Shown in pieces: positions 63,234-64,000 of a DNA stretch of 64,000 bases; position 1 is the first letter of the stretch; each line of letters starts with the position of its first letter. Made by a program: the position numbers and the translations under genes. The DNA is from a virus: positions 64,001 to 128,000 of IMG/VR virus record IMGVR_UViG_3300046167_000554. One strand, given 5' to 3'. The notes below the pieces were generated by a model. The model was not told where the DNA came from, ran no database searches, and saw only the letters and a list, made by a program, of their open reading frames with translations.

Positions 63234-63668
63234 ATGAAAGGATACATTTTTACAATCTGTATTGCAATGGTTACGACTATTGCATTTGCATATAACGGAC
63301 TCGAATACAAAGGAGTACCTAGTCACACCTCTTGCACTGGTCAGTGTTATGTTGACTATGTTGCATTGAACGGAACACCTGCTGAGATGGAACAGAGAAA
63401 GAAAGAACTTGCAAGTACAGATGAGTTTAGTGATATCAGAGGTCTATGGGCAGGTTGTGCAGCTTGTCATGGTGCAGAAGGTCAAGGTATGGCAGTCTTC
63501 CCTAAACTTGCTGGTCAGTCACAAGACTATATTGTTGGTAGACTTAATGCATATAAGAATAGAGAAACAGTCGGTAACATGTCTTCTACTATGTGGTCTC
63601 AAGCAGGAATGTTAAGTGATGCACAAATTAATATGATTGGTAAGTTTATAGAGGTGGAGTTAAAGTAA
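63234..63668 (+). CDS. Class I cytochrome c (c553/c4-like) with signal peptide
   Basis: CAACHG, FPKLAGQ, distal Met, N-terminal hydrophobic signal. Confidence 0.88.
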   Translation: MKGYIFTICIAMVTTIAFAYNGLEYKGVPSHTSCTGQCYVDYVALNGTPAEMEQRKKELASTDEFSDIRGLWAGCAACHGAEGQGMAVFPKLAGQSQDYIVGRLNAYKNRETVGNMSSTMWSQAGMLSDAQINMIGKFIEVELK

Positions 63669-63874
63669 TGTACGTTCCTTGGTTTACAAAACCCGATACT
63701 CAAAAGAAAATACTACAGGTTGTAAATCTCTCTCCTGATGTGTCCGTTTTAGATAAGATAGAAGAAGTTCACCCAATGAAACAGATTGCAGTGATGTCAG
63801 TCGTGCAAGTCCTCGTTTTCGGTTTTATGCTGTTGTCCTTTTGGTTAATCAACGTAGGATTGGACAGATTATGA
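63668..63874 (+). CDS. Small C-terminal TM protein
   Basis: Coupled to cytochrome c stop; hydrophobic C-terminus. Confidence 0.55.
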   Translation: MYVPWFTKPDTQKKILQVVNLSPDVSVLDKIEEVHPMKQIAVMSVVQVLVFGFMLLSFWLINVGLDRL

Positions 63875-63996
63875 AACACTATATAGTATATACAGTTTTA
63901 GGATGGTGCATGTTTGAACTTGCCGTTGGTGATATCGATAGAATGAGTCGTGCAATCAGTAGTCCTAGTAAGAGTAGAGTAGTTTCCTACACTTAA
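63871..63996 (+). CDS. Small hypothetical protein
   Basis: ATGA overlap; MKHYIVYTVLGWCMFELAVG... Confidence 0.4.
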   Translation: MKHYIVYTVLGWCMFELAVGDIDRMSRAISSPSKSRVVSYT

Positions 63997-64000
63997 TCCC

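Noticed and set aside
1628-63615. Numerous antisense and alternate-frame ORFs in the track
   Set aside because: Shadows of well-supported genes, with no RBS or motifs

Overview
AT-rich virion-morphogenesis region of a large T4-like myophage with the gene order of marine T4-like phages: gp2, 54, 26, 51, 29-like, 4, 48, 53, hub, 5, 25, 6, 7, 8, a VrlC/DUF4815-like protein, a ~12 kb fibre module, gp13-23, gp3, uvsY and uvsW. Accessory genes are kdsB, a HAD phosphatase, a GT8-like glycosyltransferase, three 2OG-Fe(II) oxygenases and a cytochrome c. Several core genes are broken by 1-nt indels, probably read errors. Main discovery: two adjacent gene pairs (29706-31838 and 38773-40843) encode Pro-delimited repeat proteins that are reverse complements of each other at the PROTEIN level. 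Read antiparallel, the 6-, 8- and 10-residue units of one partner match units of equal length and, almost always, the opposite sequence class in the other (36/36 lengths in pair 2). This suggests a heterodimeric, sequence-coded antiparallel beta-zipper fibre, and it lies directly upstream of a hydroxylation/glycosylation cassette. Also found: a candidate -1 frameshift at gp26/gp51, a ~300 nt structured antisense ncRNA after gp23, and a triple AGUGA-loop hairpin leader. All assignments come from reading by eye; no searches were run.
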